Of a stretch of DNA of 64,000 bases, positions 39,191 through 51,791 are shown one piece after another; position 1 is the first letter of the stretch; every line of letters starts with the position of its first letter. Under the pieces are notes generated by a model, which saw only the letters and a program-made list of their open reading frames with translations, searched no databases and was not told the DNA's origin. A program made the translations under genes and the position numbers. The DNA comes from Chlorokybus atmophyticus. Its lineage: Eukaryota; Plantae; Mesostigma and Chlorokybus algae. Location: the NCBI GenBank assembly GCA_009103225.1, contig RHPI01002533.1, positions 771,368-835,367 on the forward strand, given 5' to 3'.

Positions 39191-41003
39191 CTACAGCTCC
39201 TCTCCATCATCACTTTGCTCGTCATTATGGAACAAAGCACCACGCGCTGGGGCCTGTGGAGGAGACGCCGGAGCTTGCTCGTCCTCCTCAAACGGTTGTG
39301 CCATCCAATCAAATGCCGCTTCTGCCTCAGCGAGCGGGTCACGAGCTGCTGTCTCTTGCGGCCGGCGCCGATTGGGATCTTTCAGGTATTCGACACAAGA
39401 TGCAGTGCGGCGATTTACAAGGGTGAATGGCTGGAGGGCTGCGTACCGTTGCCTCATCTCCCGCTTCATTGACATGATCATGGTCTTATTGTGCCGAGGT
39501 ACTCTTCATGTGTGTGGATGCTGGCAACTAGGAGAGGGTCTCCATTCTTGCCGTTTAGGATGCGCTCCACCTGCGTAGTTTACAGGCATGTCTTAATGGC
39601 ATCGAAAGCCACTATTCACTGCAACGCGTCTGCAAGCCTGTAGTTTGGGGCTTCAGCATTCCTGAATTGCTAATGATGGAGTTCAGAGTGCTCACCGTAA
39701 GCAACATGTATGCGAGGTGGTTGACTGTCAGCTGCCGGCGACTAGGTTTAGTGACGGCGTAAGACCAGCATTGCACGATCATTTGCTAGATTATGGGATT
39801 GCCCCATTCATGGATGTATCTCCTCCGCTCCAGGTCTGCATTGTCGGTCACCTTAAATCTCCGCCACGATTCGTCTGTAACAGTCATACCAACAAGGCAT
39901 CAGTCACGATATAGATAGTTCAAGAGCCTGCACCAGGCTAGAATAGTGCCTGTGACTTACTTTGGAGCGCGTTGCGCATCTGGGCTTTTTGGGTCTCGGG
40001 GTCCATTAGGGCGTCGATGTGCCTGATTGCATCGGTCACAATACGCGCGATGCGTACGTGTGTATGGAGGCTGAGTAAGAAGGCAGTGTTGCATAGCAGA
40101 CATGGTGGTGAGGGATCCAACTCACTTGCGCATGTTGCTGCTAAACAATATTCACTTGTACTCCTTCTCAAGGACATGCTTGATCTTGATGACGTTTTCG
40201 GACCGGACCTGCGTAGCTTTCTTCAAGGCGACACTCCAGTGGAAGGGGCACTCCTTGGGCGTCCAATACACCTCATAGAACTTGGCCGCATCGGCCTCAT
40301 CGTCATGGTCGAAGCCAACTACCTGTCACGGGCAGGTTGGTCAGTGTCACGGTGCAGTGCGGTCATGAAGCATTCACCTGACATATGACGTTACGAATAG
40401 TGTCCTCCTTGGGATGAATGTGGCTCTTTACCCAGTGGCCGTTTATGATTTCAACGACGGCATCTCGCAAATTTTGTCCACAGGAGAACAATCCGTTACA
40501 CACATACACACAGTGTCACAGTGTCACACAGTGCTTACCTCGTTGCTAATCTTCCACTTGCTTGGGAAAGGTTTGCTGACGTCCGAGGTTGCCATGTCAC
40601 GGCCAAATGCGTTTGGGTTGGGGGTTTCGATTGACCCTCTGCAACCACATGAGTCATGCTGCCAGCCATGAAAGATGCAACCCTCACAGCTGAGAAAGAA
40701 TAACGACGTGCACAGTGTATCCAGAACGCATGCAGTGAGTCATTGTGCCAGTTATGAAAGAAGCAAGCATCCAAGTTGAAAGTTGAGCAAGAAGCAACGT
40801 GCACAGTGCATCAAGAACGCATGCAGTTTAGCTTGCCCTTGCGACTGCGGTGTCAAGTGGAGTTGTTGTGAAGTGCTGGGTGTTAGCGCGGGGTCTTGCT
40901 GCGATTGGTTGGCGACGGTTGCCTGGTTGAACACTGGGGGCAATGTGGACAACTGGCGCCGACCTCCACGACGAGGTGCACCTACGGATGGACCATGAGG
41001 CAT
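39191..41003 (-). pseudogene. Cargo gene X, multi-exon, unknown function
   Basis: Spliceable exons ...KPFPSKWKISNE / AVVEIINGHWVKSHIHPKEDTIRNVICQ / VVGFDHDDEADAAKFYEVYWTPKECPFHWSVALKK..., and an acidic C-terminus (FDWMAQPFEEDEQ...DDGEEL*). Some stops. Confidence 0.4.
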
Positions 41004-41681
41004 CTCTCTACCTTATAGTCGGGTGCCGCCTGTTTAGCTGATAGTGGCGCTGCCGCCGCCGATTGGCCCGCCTGAATGTACGAGGCGCGAAAACGAATAT
41101 GCGGCGGTTTTGAATGTCTATTGTCCCGCACTAGAGTCGCACTTGTAGTGCGTCCTTGCTCCTATGGTTGATGGTACGACTTATGCACCTGTGCCATCCA
41201 TGCTTCGTACAACCATTAGTAACAATGATTGTGTCGTAACATTTATGGTACGACAGAGGCATCTCTTGTCCAACCCTAGCCATTGCCATACAATGGATCT
41301 GTCGTACCATCTATGGTACGACACAGTCATTGGTCGATCAGCCCTAATGGGAGTTAGCGTGCACTCACCCAAACAGCTTTAGCATTGATGGCCGGATGAT
41401 GGCACACAGGGGCACCAGGTCGATGACGGGTCGAACGTCGGGCATAGTGGACCTGGGTTCGATTAGGAGGCGGAGGTGGCGGTGGCGGTGGCGGCGGCGG
41501 CGTGGCACATTTTTCGAGAAGTTTGTGGTTGTAAGAGTTCAAGCAGCGAAGCCAGCTACTACCAGGCGCCACGTCATGGATTATGGCAGGCGTTAGCAAT
41601 GGGGCTGTCTAACATGCATCACCAACATCGGACAAACCAGCAGGCAAGCCATTAAGGACCATCTTCACACAGAGCTGCTTA

Positions 41682-44600
41682 GTGGCTCGCTTTCTGCGAC
41701 AAGGAGTGGATCAGAAGCTGCAGTCCTTGGAGCACCTTGTCAGAACCATGCGGGACCAATTGCGACTGTGGGAACAAGCACAAGAAAATGCACAGGTACG
41801 CTCAACAGTCACATGCATCTCCTTGCAAGAGCGATGCACCTGCCAGCGAGTCATTGGAGGAGCTGGCCGCAACCCGCATACGGCCATCAGTCATGATAGG
41901 TGGCCAGCTCACCTCATGGGACCACTTCAATGCGCCAACGGATGGTAATTGCTTCTATCATTGTGTGTTTCGCGCCAGGCCATCCATAGCGCAAAGTGTC
42001 CTGGATGATCACAAGTGCCCCAGCTCGAGCAGAATTTGGGCCATGCTGGACACCATGAACGACGGCAGGGGGGACACTCTCCGCAAAATCACCGCCAAGG
42101 CTATTGATGCAGGCGTGGCAAGCAGAATCCAAGACTTCTGCAACGCCACTAGTGCCGCGGGAGACATGGCATTATTATGACAAACTGCCTGCGACCATGT
42201 TGGCTGATGTCATTTGCAACACTGACATAGCCATGGCCAAGGTGCGACTGATTGTGCGGAGCAAAGATGTGTACATCGAGCACCTGCAGATGACCATGTT
42301 TGCCAACAAACTGGGCTTGTTGATTGGCTGCGTAACCGTTCAGCGCAAGCATGGGGAGTGGGTGCCATGGCCCGGCAGCGCAGTTTAGGTTGGAAATAAA
42401 GAAGCCCCCAACTCAATCCTGATGGTGGGCAACACTACTCCTGACGGGCCAGAAGCACACTTTTGGCTCCTCAAGCCTGCAAGCACCGAACAATGGTCGT
42501 GGCCTATACATGAAGTGCCACCGGAGGTAACAGACTTGATCGGAGAGTGGCGGAATGGCGTTGCCAATTCCCCGCTACCACCGGCTGTGACCAAGGGTGC
42601 TGCGCCAACGCCTCAGGTCTCGCCTTCGTGTGCGAGGCAAGAAGTAGCCGACTGTTCTGCACATCCTGCTTCCCCTCAACCACAGCCACATGCTCGCAAT
42701 AACAATTCAGCACCCTCCCTTCCTGCTGCGGAGACTCACTTGCCACCGCACTCTGACTATCCGGAGGCATCTGCATCAAAAAGCAGCGGTAGCTCGCCCT
42801 CTCCCTCTAAGCTTGCCACATTGATCCCAGCGTGTCTTGTTGGTAAAAAGATTGATCGAGGTGTCCTGAAAGCTGCGCTGAAAAACAAAGGCTTTATGCT
42901 CGACCTCATGAAGCAACATGAGGTCGTGGAGGAACGGGAGGCAACCAACAAGCGCAAGGCTGTGGAGCAAAAAAATAACGCCTTACCTCCTCTGAGTGAC
43001 AGTGCCACGGAGAGCGCCTGCCAGGATGTGCAGGTTAACGAAAAAAAAGAAGAAGGTTGTTGGAACAAGGGACGCTGACATGACCAAAAAAGAAAAGGTG
43101 AGGCATCGTAACAACGTCAGAAAAAGCACAGCGCCTTGAAGCCTCACTGGGGCTGACTGTGTATCCTGAGTAGGCACAGGCGGGTTTACAGCGTCAAGTG
43201 GCTGCTCAGCCTCGTCCTGAGAGACAGCCGGTGCGGCATGAGCTGCCTAAGCTCAAAGCACGGACGCGCAGACGCTTTGAAGGGCTGACTCGTAGTGCAA
43301 AGGAGTTAATCGCCCTACAATACGCCCAAGACGCGCTGCATCACCGCATGCGGCATGCCTCGAGGTGGGTGACAAAAGTATGCAATAAGTGGGAGCAAAC
43401 GCGGAGAGTGCCGTCTAAACAGACCTCTGAGAATTGGCCATGGTTGGAACCCATACACGATATGGCCATCCGTAGTATGTTGTTGCCCCTCGCCGTCCTC
43501 AATATGATGATGTTGTTGCCGGCGCAGCAACCCGGGAGTGTGCAACAGCTATCCGCGGAGCAGAACTTCGACCTGCAGCAGATGTACATGTCGATGTCAA
43601 CTGATGTGGGTCGAGATGTGTGCCACTACCTGAGCAAACATATTGGGTGGCAAGTAAAACCATTCGAGCTGTACTTTGCATGCTTTGGCTGGCAGTGGCT
43701 GTATGTCATACGGCACGTCGAGCTGATTCTGTGGAAGCTCGAAAAAATGGCGATGCGGCGGAGTACACAAGTGACGACAGCCATGTCGAGAGCCTAGATG
43801 AACGCATGCTGGATGAGACCACCAAGACCAGCAGGTGGTGTATGGCGGCAAATGAGCGTCAGGTGATCGAGCAGTGGTGCGTTGTGCTGCGCAATTCAGA
43901 TGGGAGTCGCTACGCCTGCAATGCGACAACAGAGTTTGGTGGCAGAGGCAGCTTGCACACCCGCGTGCACCATGTGTGCTGATTTGTCGCATTGAAGAGC
44001 CACCCCCCACGGCGGATGGGGAGACGCCCTGTTGCAAGAAAGAGATGTGCCATGTTTGCATCATAGCACATCACAAGACCGTGGCAAATAAATGAAAGAA
44101 TTTACAAACGTGTCCCTTGTGCAAGCAACCTCACCCGTTTTGGTCGCCACGCCTGATGCAAGACGCCAACGTGTCGGCGATAATTTGCTCCCCGCCTTAA
44201 TGACAATTGTGCATGTATTGTAGTTTTATGTTGGCTGCCTGTGAACCATGTAGGTACATGTATAGTTGCAGCATGGTGCTCTCGGGTGCATAGTGCACCC
44301 GAGTTTTGCTGCTGTCAGAAGCATTGGCTGTACATGTGTATGATGACTGCCCGACGCATGAGTCAGTGCATGGCTTGCATACCTCGCTGGTTTAGAGCGT
44401 GACAGCAACAAACTCGGACAGCACTCTAAGTTCCATGGAATGACAGCACAGTATTACTCTACAATCGTGGTAGTATGCGAGATCCTTGTACTGTAGTACC
44501 ATTAACAGATGGAGTACCATTCATGTTGATGTAGTATCATGCATGGTACTGCAATAGCGTCCATGGTACAGTCGTGCTTCACTTGAAGTGTGACCCATTT

Positions 44601-45226
44601 AGGGTTTGTAAGCTGGCAACCCTTGATTGATGCCCATACCCTAAAGTCTCGCTCAGTTTGTGGGCAGCCGTGCCGATTCCTTTTTTGCATGATGTCGGCG
44701 GCAGTAGTTGAATCCCCCTCACCTAGGAGACCATGCTTGGTGTGCCCACAATGCAATGCGTACGTATGTGCCAATGGCCATAGGCAGCAAATGCGAGCAC
44801 ACTTGACCGAATGCCAGCGAGTGCAGACAGTGTGCCACGGCTTTAGTGCTGCTTGCTGGCATCACACCACACACAATGTCGATGTGTTTGGCTGCCGCCT
44901 CGGTTAAGTGCTGTGCAAGGAACCCGAGTTTTTCCATTGCGTGCAGTGCGCGTGCGAATTGTGCTCGCGCTCATGCTTCGAGTGGCGAGGGGAACCCATG
45001 CGCTTCTTCACATGAACAACACTGGGACATGTGGTTAGTGGACAGGGGGTGGATGCTGTGGAGGTAATTCGGCAGAGTGGACCGCGACGTATCATTGCAT
45101 GTTATGTTGGGCGTATGCTAATTTCATGCATGTTGAAGTTGTTGTCGCATTCAGAGCAGTCTTCCACGGTGTGGGCGTGAGCAGTTCCATCCCCTGGACG
45201 CTGTAGAGGAGGCAGACCATCAACCG
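41682..45226 (+). pseudogene. Cargo gene N-terminal region: OTU deubiquitinase domain, RING finger, IBR-like and further Cys clusters
   Basis: OTU Cys motif APTDGNCFYHCV (~41935) and His motif EAHFWLL (~42455). RING-like CVLIC...PCCKKEMCHVCI...CPLCK (~43975-44125). IBR-like CGQPC...LVCPQCNAYVCANGH...H..EC. Also HCVQCACELCSRSC. Frameshifts and stops throughout. Confidence 0.65.
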
Positions 45227-46225
45227 TTGGACAGCGCACTGCATCGGCTGCGGAACGCATTTAAGTTGGGATGCGAGCAGCTGATCGGTGTGAGTGTCAT
45301 GGTGCATTGGCCGCTGGATGGGAAATGGTATGCGGGCATTGTGGAATCATTCAAGCAAGCGTCAGGTCAGCATCGCTTCGTGGCGTGCGAGATTGAGGAC
45401 GCATCATATATGCAAGGTGCAATAGAATATGTTTTTGCAGGGCAGCACCGTATAGTATTCGATGACGATGATTGACCACAAACCATCAACTTTAAAGGGC
45501 ACAACGTATTCGCGTACACATCAGTTGACGGGGCACGCCATGTTCTGCGCGTGGGAGGGGAGAACGTCAGTCGCAAAGTAAGCCCGGATGCCATCATTGT
45601 TAGTCCCTGGCCAGCACCACGGCCAGCCCTGACCACATATACGCTATTTGACAACAAGCTTGGACGCACACGCAGACCAAGGGCACTCGATGTATTCTAC
45701 GGCGGTGGCGATGCCAGTGTCGGTCTATACCACGCAGGCTTTGACGTGACCGGGATGGACATCAGTCCCTCCTCTGAGTACCCGCTGCCCTTCATATGCC
45801 GCAATGTATGCACCCTGAGTGCAGGAGAGCTGCGCAAGTACGAGCTCATATAGGCCAGTCCACCATGCCAGGCCTATTCAGGTGCTATCCCGGCACCTCA
45901 ACGGGCGGCACATGGCACATCCTGGAGATACCAGGATATGATATCGCTCGTCCGACATCTGCTGCTTGCAAGCCAGGTCAAGTTTGTAATTGAGAATGTG
46001 CCAGGAGCAGCTTCCTCACTCAGACCCAATCTGTCCCTTTGTGGCACGATGTTTGGCCTATCAACTTTCCGACACCGACTATTTGAGACACAGGTAGTGG
46101 TAGCTACCCCACCAGCACGCTGCTCGCACGCGGGCAAGGCAGCTGGATTGTTATGGCTGCACCTGTCCGCTAGCGCGAAGAAGACAATTGTGACATCAAA
46201 CGCGCCACAGCAAATGTACCCGGTC
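45227..46225 (+). pseudogene. Tudor domain fused in frame to a phage/bacterial-type cytosine-5 DNA methyltransferase (motifs I-VIII)
   Basis: LIGVSVMVHWPLDGKWYAGIVESF..HRIVFDD (Tudor), then in the same frame RALDVFYGGGDASVGLYHAGFDVTGMDI (I), I*ASPPCQAYS (IV), VIENVPGA (VI), LCGTMFGL..FRHRLFE (VIII). In-frame stops at 45473 and 45851. Confidence 0.85.
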
Positions 46226-46895
46226 TGTAACAGCACCACCGTCGCCAGTGATGCCCTTTCAATCTTCTACCCCAACACCCACACCGCCTACGACAAGCCT
46301 TTCAACAGCGTGGCCGCCACTGAGCAGAGAACTGAAAGTTCCCACATCAGATTGATGTGACCTTTTATCAAGAGTATATCAACTATATACCTCTTGATAA
46401 TTAACTCACAACTAGACATCGACCCTGCAGATAGGGTAGTTAGGAAATCTAGCGTGAGCCAATCACAGCTCAGATAAGGTACATATCGATAAGGTACCCA
46501 TGCAAAGATACCTATCGTAAGGTACCTAACGAGATAGTGGTCACATTATATCAAATGTGACACTAAATAGGCTTGAATAAGCGGTTCTACACCCATTGGG
46601 ACTTATTCAAGCTATGATAAAGCATCATAGCCTTTAATAAGCGAGGAACCGTAGAAAAGAGGTATAAATAAGCATATTTAAATACTTATTCATACAAAAT
46701 GTGTTATTTAGGTAGCAATAATACCCTATTATTATTGCTCCCGTTACATTCCCCCCCACTTAGGTTTTCAACGTCCTCATTGAATTCAAGTTGATCAGGC
46801 TTGATTTCGAGTAATGGTAACCAGTAAGATAGCAGGAAATGACAGGGTGGTAATGAAACTGCACTGCCAGTCTGTCATAAAACCAAGCCCACAGT

Positions 46896-49660
46896 TTATG
46901 GGACAGGACATGAATCCCAATAAGCTCGAAGCAACTCGCGGCAGTGCGTAAGATGCCTGTCGGGCTCCCAACTGTTATGTTCCGGGCCATACCCTTTCCA
47001 TTTCACCAAATAGCGAGTTGCGCGTCCCCGACTATTTAGCTTATAGTTCGATATAGCTTCCACCTCGTATTCGAGCTCGCTGTCCACCTCAACTGGCGGT
47101 GGTGGAGGCTGTGTTCTACCGTCTGAGCGGTAAGGTTTCAACAAGTTTACATGGAACACGTTGTGTATACGCACACTTGGGGGCAATTGCAGTCGATAAG
47201 CGTGCGTACCAACTCTATCAGTGATAGAGAAAGGACCTAACCATCGGGGCAGCAACTTGCGAGCACCCGTACCTTTGATGGTTATGTTCTTTGCGTTAAG
47301 CAAAACCTTATCGCCGACATCGAAAGTGGCCATTTTTCGATGTGTATCAGCATAAGCTTTTTGCCTATCCTGTGCTTCTGACAGACACAACTTGGCTCGA
47401 GCCAAATTTTCTTGCATATTAGTGGCAAATTCTTTTGCCGCTGGTACAGTGAGGGCATTGCGAGGTACACGCAATGACGCTGGTGTGTTCGGGCGAATCC
47501 CATAATTCAAGAAAAATGGGGTTTCCTTTACACTTTCTTGCCACGCGTTGTTCACAGCGAACTCTGCCATTGGCAAGTACCTGTCCCAATCAGCATGATT
47601 AGGAGCCACATAGTGGCGAAGCATTTCTTCCAGTATTTGATTTGCTCGCTCAGTTTGACCGTCCGTTTGCGGGTGGAAAGCAGTCGACATGCTTTGTTTT
47701 ACCCCCAACAATTCACAGACTTCTCGCCAAAACTTGGAGACAAACCGAGGATCACGATCTGTGACAAGTTTACGCGGTACACGATGAACGCAAAAGACCG
47801 TGGACACAAATAAGTGTGCCAAGTCCCGTGCACTTACAGTTGTGCAACACGGGGCAAAATGCACCATTTTGGTCAAACGGTCGACAAAAACCACAATAGC
47901 AGTGTATTTAGCTGCTGTTTCTGGTAGGTCAGTAATCAAATCCATACTGACACTATCCCACTTTTGTTCCGGAATTGCCAATGGTTTAAGCAATCCCGCT
48001 TGTTTTTGTCGTAGTGGCTTATTACGTTTACACACGTCACATGTGCGAACATATTGATCCACGTCAGCTGACATTGACGGCCACCAGTATAACTGTTGCA
48101 CAAATTTGAGTATTTTGTGTTTCCCCAAATGCCCAGCATACGGCGGGTCATGCACTGAATGTAAGCATTGCTTACGCAAGTCGCCCGAGTTGGGAATTGC
48201 CAACTGCTCCCCTTTATACCACAGATTGCTAACAGCAGTAAGCTGTTGCAAGTTGGTTTGATTGCTAAACCAATCATCTGAGTTATAACCTGCGGACACT
48301 TCCTTTAAGAAAGGATCATCACGCTGTTGTACATTACGCGTACTTCGAGAGCGCGTAAGTGCCAAAAGAGCAGGGCTGCGACTTAGTGGATCCGCCACAT
48401 TGGTGCGACCCGGACGGTATTGCCAAGTGAAAGTGAAACGAAAAATGAATTCATTCCACCTAGCTTGCCGCCTCGACAGATTTTGTTGCGTATAAAAGAA
48501 TGTGAGCGGGTTGTGATCAGTAATCACAGAAAACTCCACCCCTTCCAAGTAGCAACACCATGTGCGCAGCGCGTGCACCACCCCGAGCAACTCCTGCTCA
48601 GTGGTTGTGTAATTACGTTTAACAGGAATGAACTTTCTGCTTTCATATGCACATGGTCTGTCATCCTGTAGAAGGACTGCCCCACACCCAATGGTGGAAG
48701 CATCACTGATCACCACAAAAGGCTTGGTGTGGTCGGGGAAGGCTAACACAGGGGCTTGTGTTAATGCATCTTTAATGCGTGTAAAAGCAACCTCGTGTGC
48801 CTCCGTCCACACAAATTTAACATCTTTTTTAGTAAAGATGTTAAAGGATTTGCCATGCCAGAATATGCTCGCATGAACTTGCGGAAATAATTGGCTAGCC
48901 CCAAGAAAGCACGTAACTGATGTACATCCTTGGGTGGTGGCCAATCTTTTACCGCACACACCTTTAGAGGATCTGGTTTCAATCCTTCTTTGCCAATCAC
49001 ATGCCCTAAAAAGGGTAGTTCATCCTTTGCAAAGTTGCATTTGGACAGGTTGGCATAGAATTTGTGTTCGCGTAACTTAGCTAGAACCAATTCCACATGT
49101 TTGTGGTGGTCCTCCCGGGTTTTGCTGTACACAATAATGTCGTCTAGATATACCAGTACAAACTTGTACAATTCATCAGCAAATACCGCGTTCATTGCTG
49201 TCTGAAATGTAGCCGGTGCATTTGTTAACCCAAATGGTAACACTTTATACTCAAAGTGTCCTAGTGGGGTGCGAAATGCAGTTTTTTGTATATCCGACGG
49301 GCGGATTTTGATTTGATGGTAACCACTGGTCAAATCAAGCGTGCTGAACACTGTTGCACCTGACAGCTTATCAAACAAATCATCAATCCGAGGCAAAGGG
49401 TATCTGTTTTTCACAGTGATCTTGTTCAGCGCACGGTCATCAATACACATGCGTAGCTTGCCATTCTTTTTTGGCACAAACAAAATTGGTGCACCAAAAA
49501 AAGATATGCTCTTTGTTATTAAACCTTTGTCCAATAACTCTTTGAGCTGTTTTTCCATCTCCGCGTGTTCTAAGGGACTTAGCCTGTATATAGGCCGCCA
49601 AGGTGGCTTTGCCCCCTCCTCTAGCGGAATGGTATGATGTATGTTTCCATCGGGAGGCAA
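46896..49660 (-). CDS. Element C pol: reverse transcriptase, RNase H, integrase, chromodomain (frameshifted)
   Basis: YLDDII (RT), DASTIGCGAVLLQ (RNase H), H..GHLG..CDVC zinc finger, SMDLITDLP and TDRDPRF, GQTERAN (integrase), GPF/VHNVFHV module, EYEVEAI..YLVKWKGYGPEHNSWEP chromodomain. Confidence 0.93.
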
Positions 49661-49889
49661 CTCTGGGAGTTCATCCTGAAATACATCTGCGTATTATTCC
49701 GTAAGTGACTGCACCACAAGGTCACTGATAGCCTGTTCAGCAGGTGTTTCCACTTGTCGTAAGTGCAGTAAGTATACTTCCTCACGTTTACGCATGCAAC
49801 GTTTCAATTGCATAGCAGAGAGGAGCGGAACATTATCGCGAGATATACATGCGAGTACAGATGCTGTTAAAGTCATCCTACGTTTCCCT

Positions 49890-51791
49890 TTACGAAGGGT
49901 GCACGTATTGGCTCGAGTCTAATTGTAAACCTGCTTCAGTGTGCCATTGTTCCCGTAAAACAACATCCACCCCGGGGATACTAATATCCACCACGATGAA
50001 GGCTGGTCGGGTTTTATGGTCATTAATAACAAAACGCCCTTTTACCTCTCCCATTGCATTGAGAGTGGAACCAGCAGCACGTACATATGACGTGAATGGT
50101 GTGAAAAGAATGTTATTACGTTTCACCCAAGCATGTTCAACAAAGTTATGTTTTGCACCAGCATCAATCAATGCTGTACATGGTGTACCCATAAGTTGAC
50201 TCTCAAATCTCCATTTGAGTGGCACTGAGTGACCATCAAATGTAGCTAATGTCGGAGTGCCGTGATTGGTAGCAGACTTGATAAAGATCACTTGCAACGG
50301 TGAAGCTCCTATATCTTTGCGTGAGAGTTGCATGATTACTTCTCCCCCTTTCAACAATCGCGACCACGGGCCATGATAACGAGGGATAACTACACATGCA
50401 GTGACAGCATGTTGTAATTGCAACTCGTGTAAGTGCTTCACAGCAGTTACTAATTCAGAGAATGGAACATTGATTAAAACACAACCGCTTGCATTTCTCA
50501 ACACAGGTGGTGTGCTCATATTAGTCCATACATCTGATACATCACAAAGAGAGGAAACGTTATCAAGAAGTACAGAGTTTTTAAAGTCGTTCTGCTCAAC
50601 TAAGCTACCAACCACGGACAATTCCTATTTCTTGTCTCTCTGCTGCTTGGCCTTCTGTGCATTCTGTTTTGCATAGCACTTAGCCTCCCCATGACCTGTC
50701 TTCTTGCAGAAACTGCAAATGATGATGGATTTGGCCGCGTTGTAGGGGCTAGCAGGATGAGATGGTTTCGCCTTTTTCACAAAAGGTTTGTTGTCAGTGG
50801 CCGGGCGCTTTGCAGCTGAAACCGGGGCTGCCTCTTTTGCCGTGGTTTGCATGTTTGCGTGAGAGCGCTTTACACTGTCCACAGCAGCAACCATCTGCAT
50901 CAGCATTAGTAAATCCGTCGAGGCCCACTCTTGCAAACTCGCGGGGTTGACGGCCACATGCTGCACGAGATCTGTGTCCAAGCCACGCCTGAACATATCC
51001 AGCTGATCAGCATCACTGATAGGTAGTTTGCCAGCATTGATCTTGCTGACAAACGACTGAAAATCCTGGATATACTGAACCGGACGCCCGTTCTGACGCA
51101 GGTTGTGCAGCTGGTTGCGAGCAACCTGGGCAGGATCTGCGCCACCATAGCGCTGCTCCATGAAAGAGCACAACTGATTTACTTCCCGCCCAAGGTTTGT
51201 ATCCCGTTGCTTACGGCGGTACCACTCTGCCAGAGCATCGTTTGGGATCAGGAACTCAGCTACACGCAATTTCCCCTCCTCAAAAATGTGAAGGGAGTTG
51301 ACATAGTGTCGCAACTTCACAAGCCAGTCGAAGATGGCCGCTTGCTTGTTGGGAACAAACTCGGCAGGACGAGCAAGAACTTGAACAGGTGGACCACCGT
51401 CAGCACGTTGCAGACGCTCGATCATATTCAGAACACGTTTGCCTTCACCCATCTGCCCCTCCCAATGTCGCCCCATAAAGGTGGTGAGTTTTGAAACTTT
51501 TTCTGCCAAAAGGAAGTTCACGAATGAGACAGTTGCCTCACGAGGGTCCTGATCATAGGTGCTAAGGAAATGCTCCATCAAGTCCTGCTGTGTCATGCGA
51601 ATAGAAAACTCAGGGAATATAGAAGGTGATCTATCATCCACTGAAGCTTCCGCAGCTTTGGCAGCTTGGGACTCATCAGGTGCATCATCCGGATTCGGAA
51701 TATCTTCCATGGATGGAAATTCCTCCTCACGGGAAGGGTGCTCTTTTTCCGAGCTCTCCCCTTTTGAGGTGGGCACCGAGTTTTCTTCCAT
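49890..51791 (-). CDS. Element C gag (CCHC), MTase-like segment and aspartic protease; one in-frame TAG at 50625-50627
   Basis: Gag with CSFCKKTGHGEAKC, then the same frame continues CVLINVPFSEL...CVVIPRYHGPW and LIDAGAKHNFV (protease). Confidence 0.88.

Noticed and set aside
50619-50630. Programmed stop-codon read-through between gag and pol (AAA TAG GAA TTG)
   Set aside because: Element A has Ala at the aligned position (KKAEL vs KK*EL) and its own TAGs fall elsewhere, so these look like independent nonsense mutations in a single gag-pol ORF.
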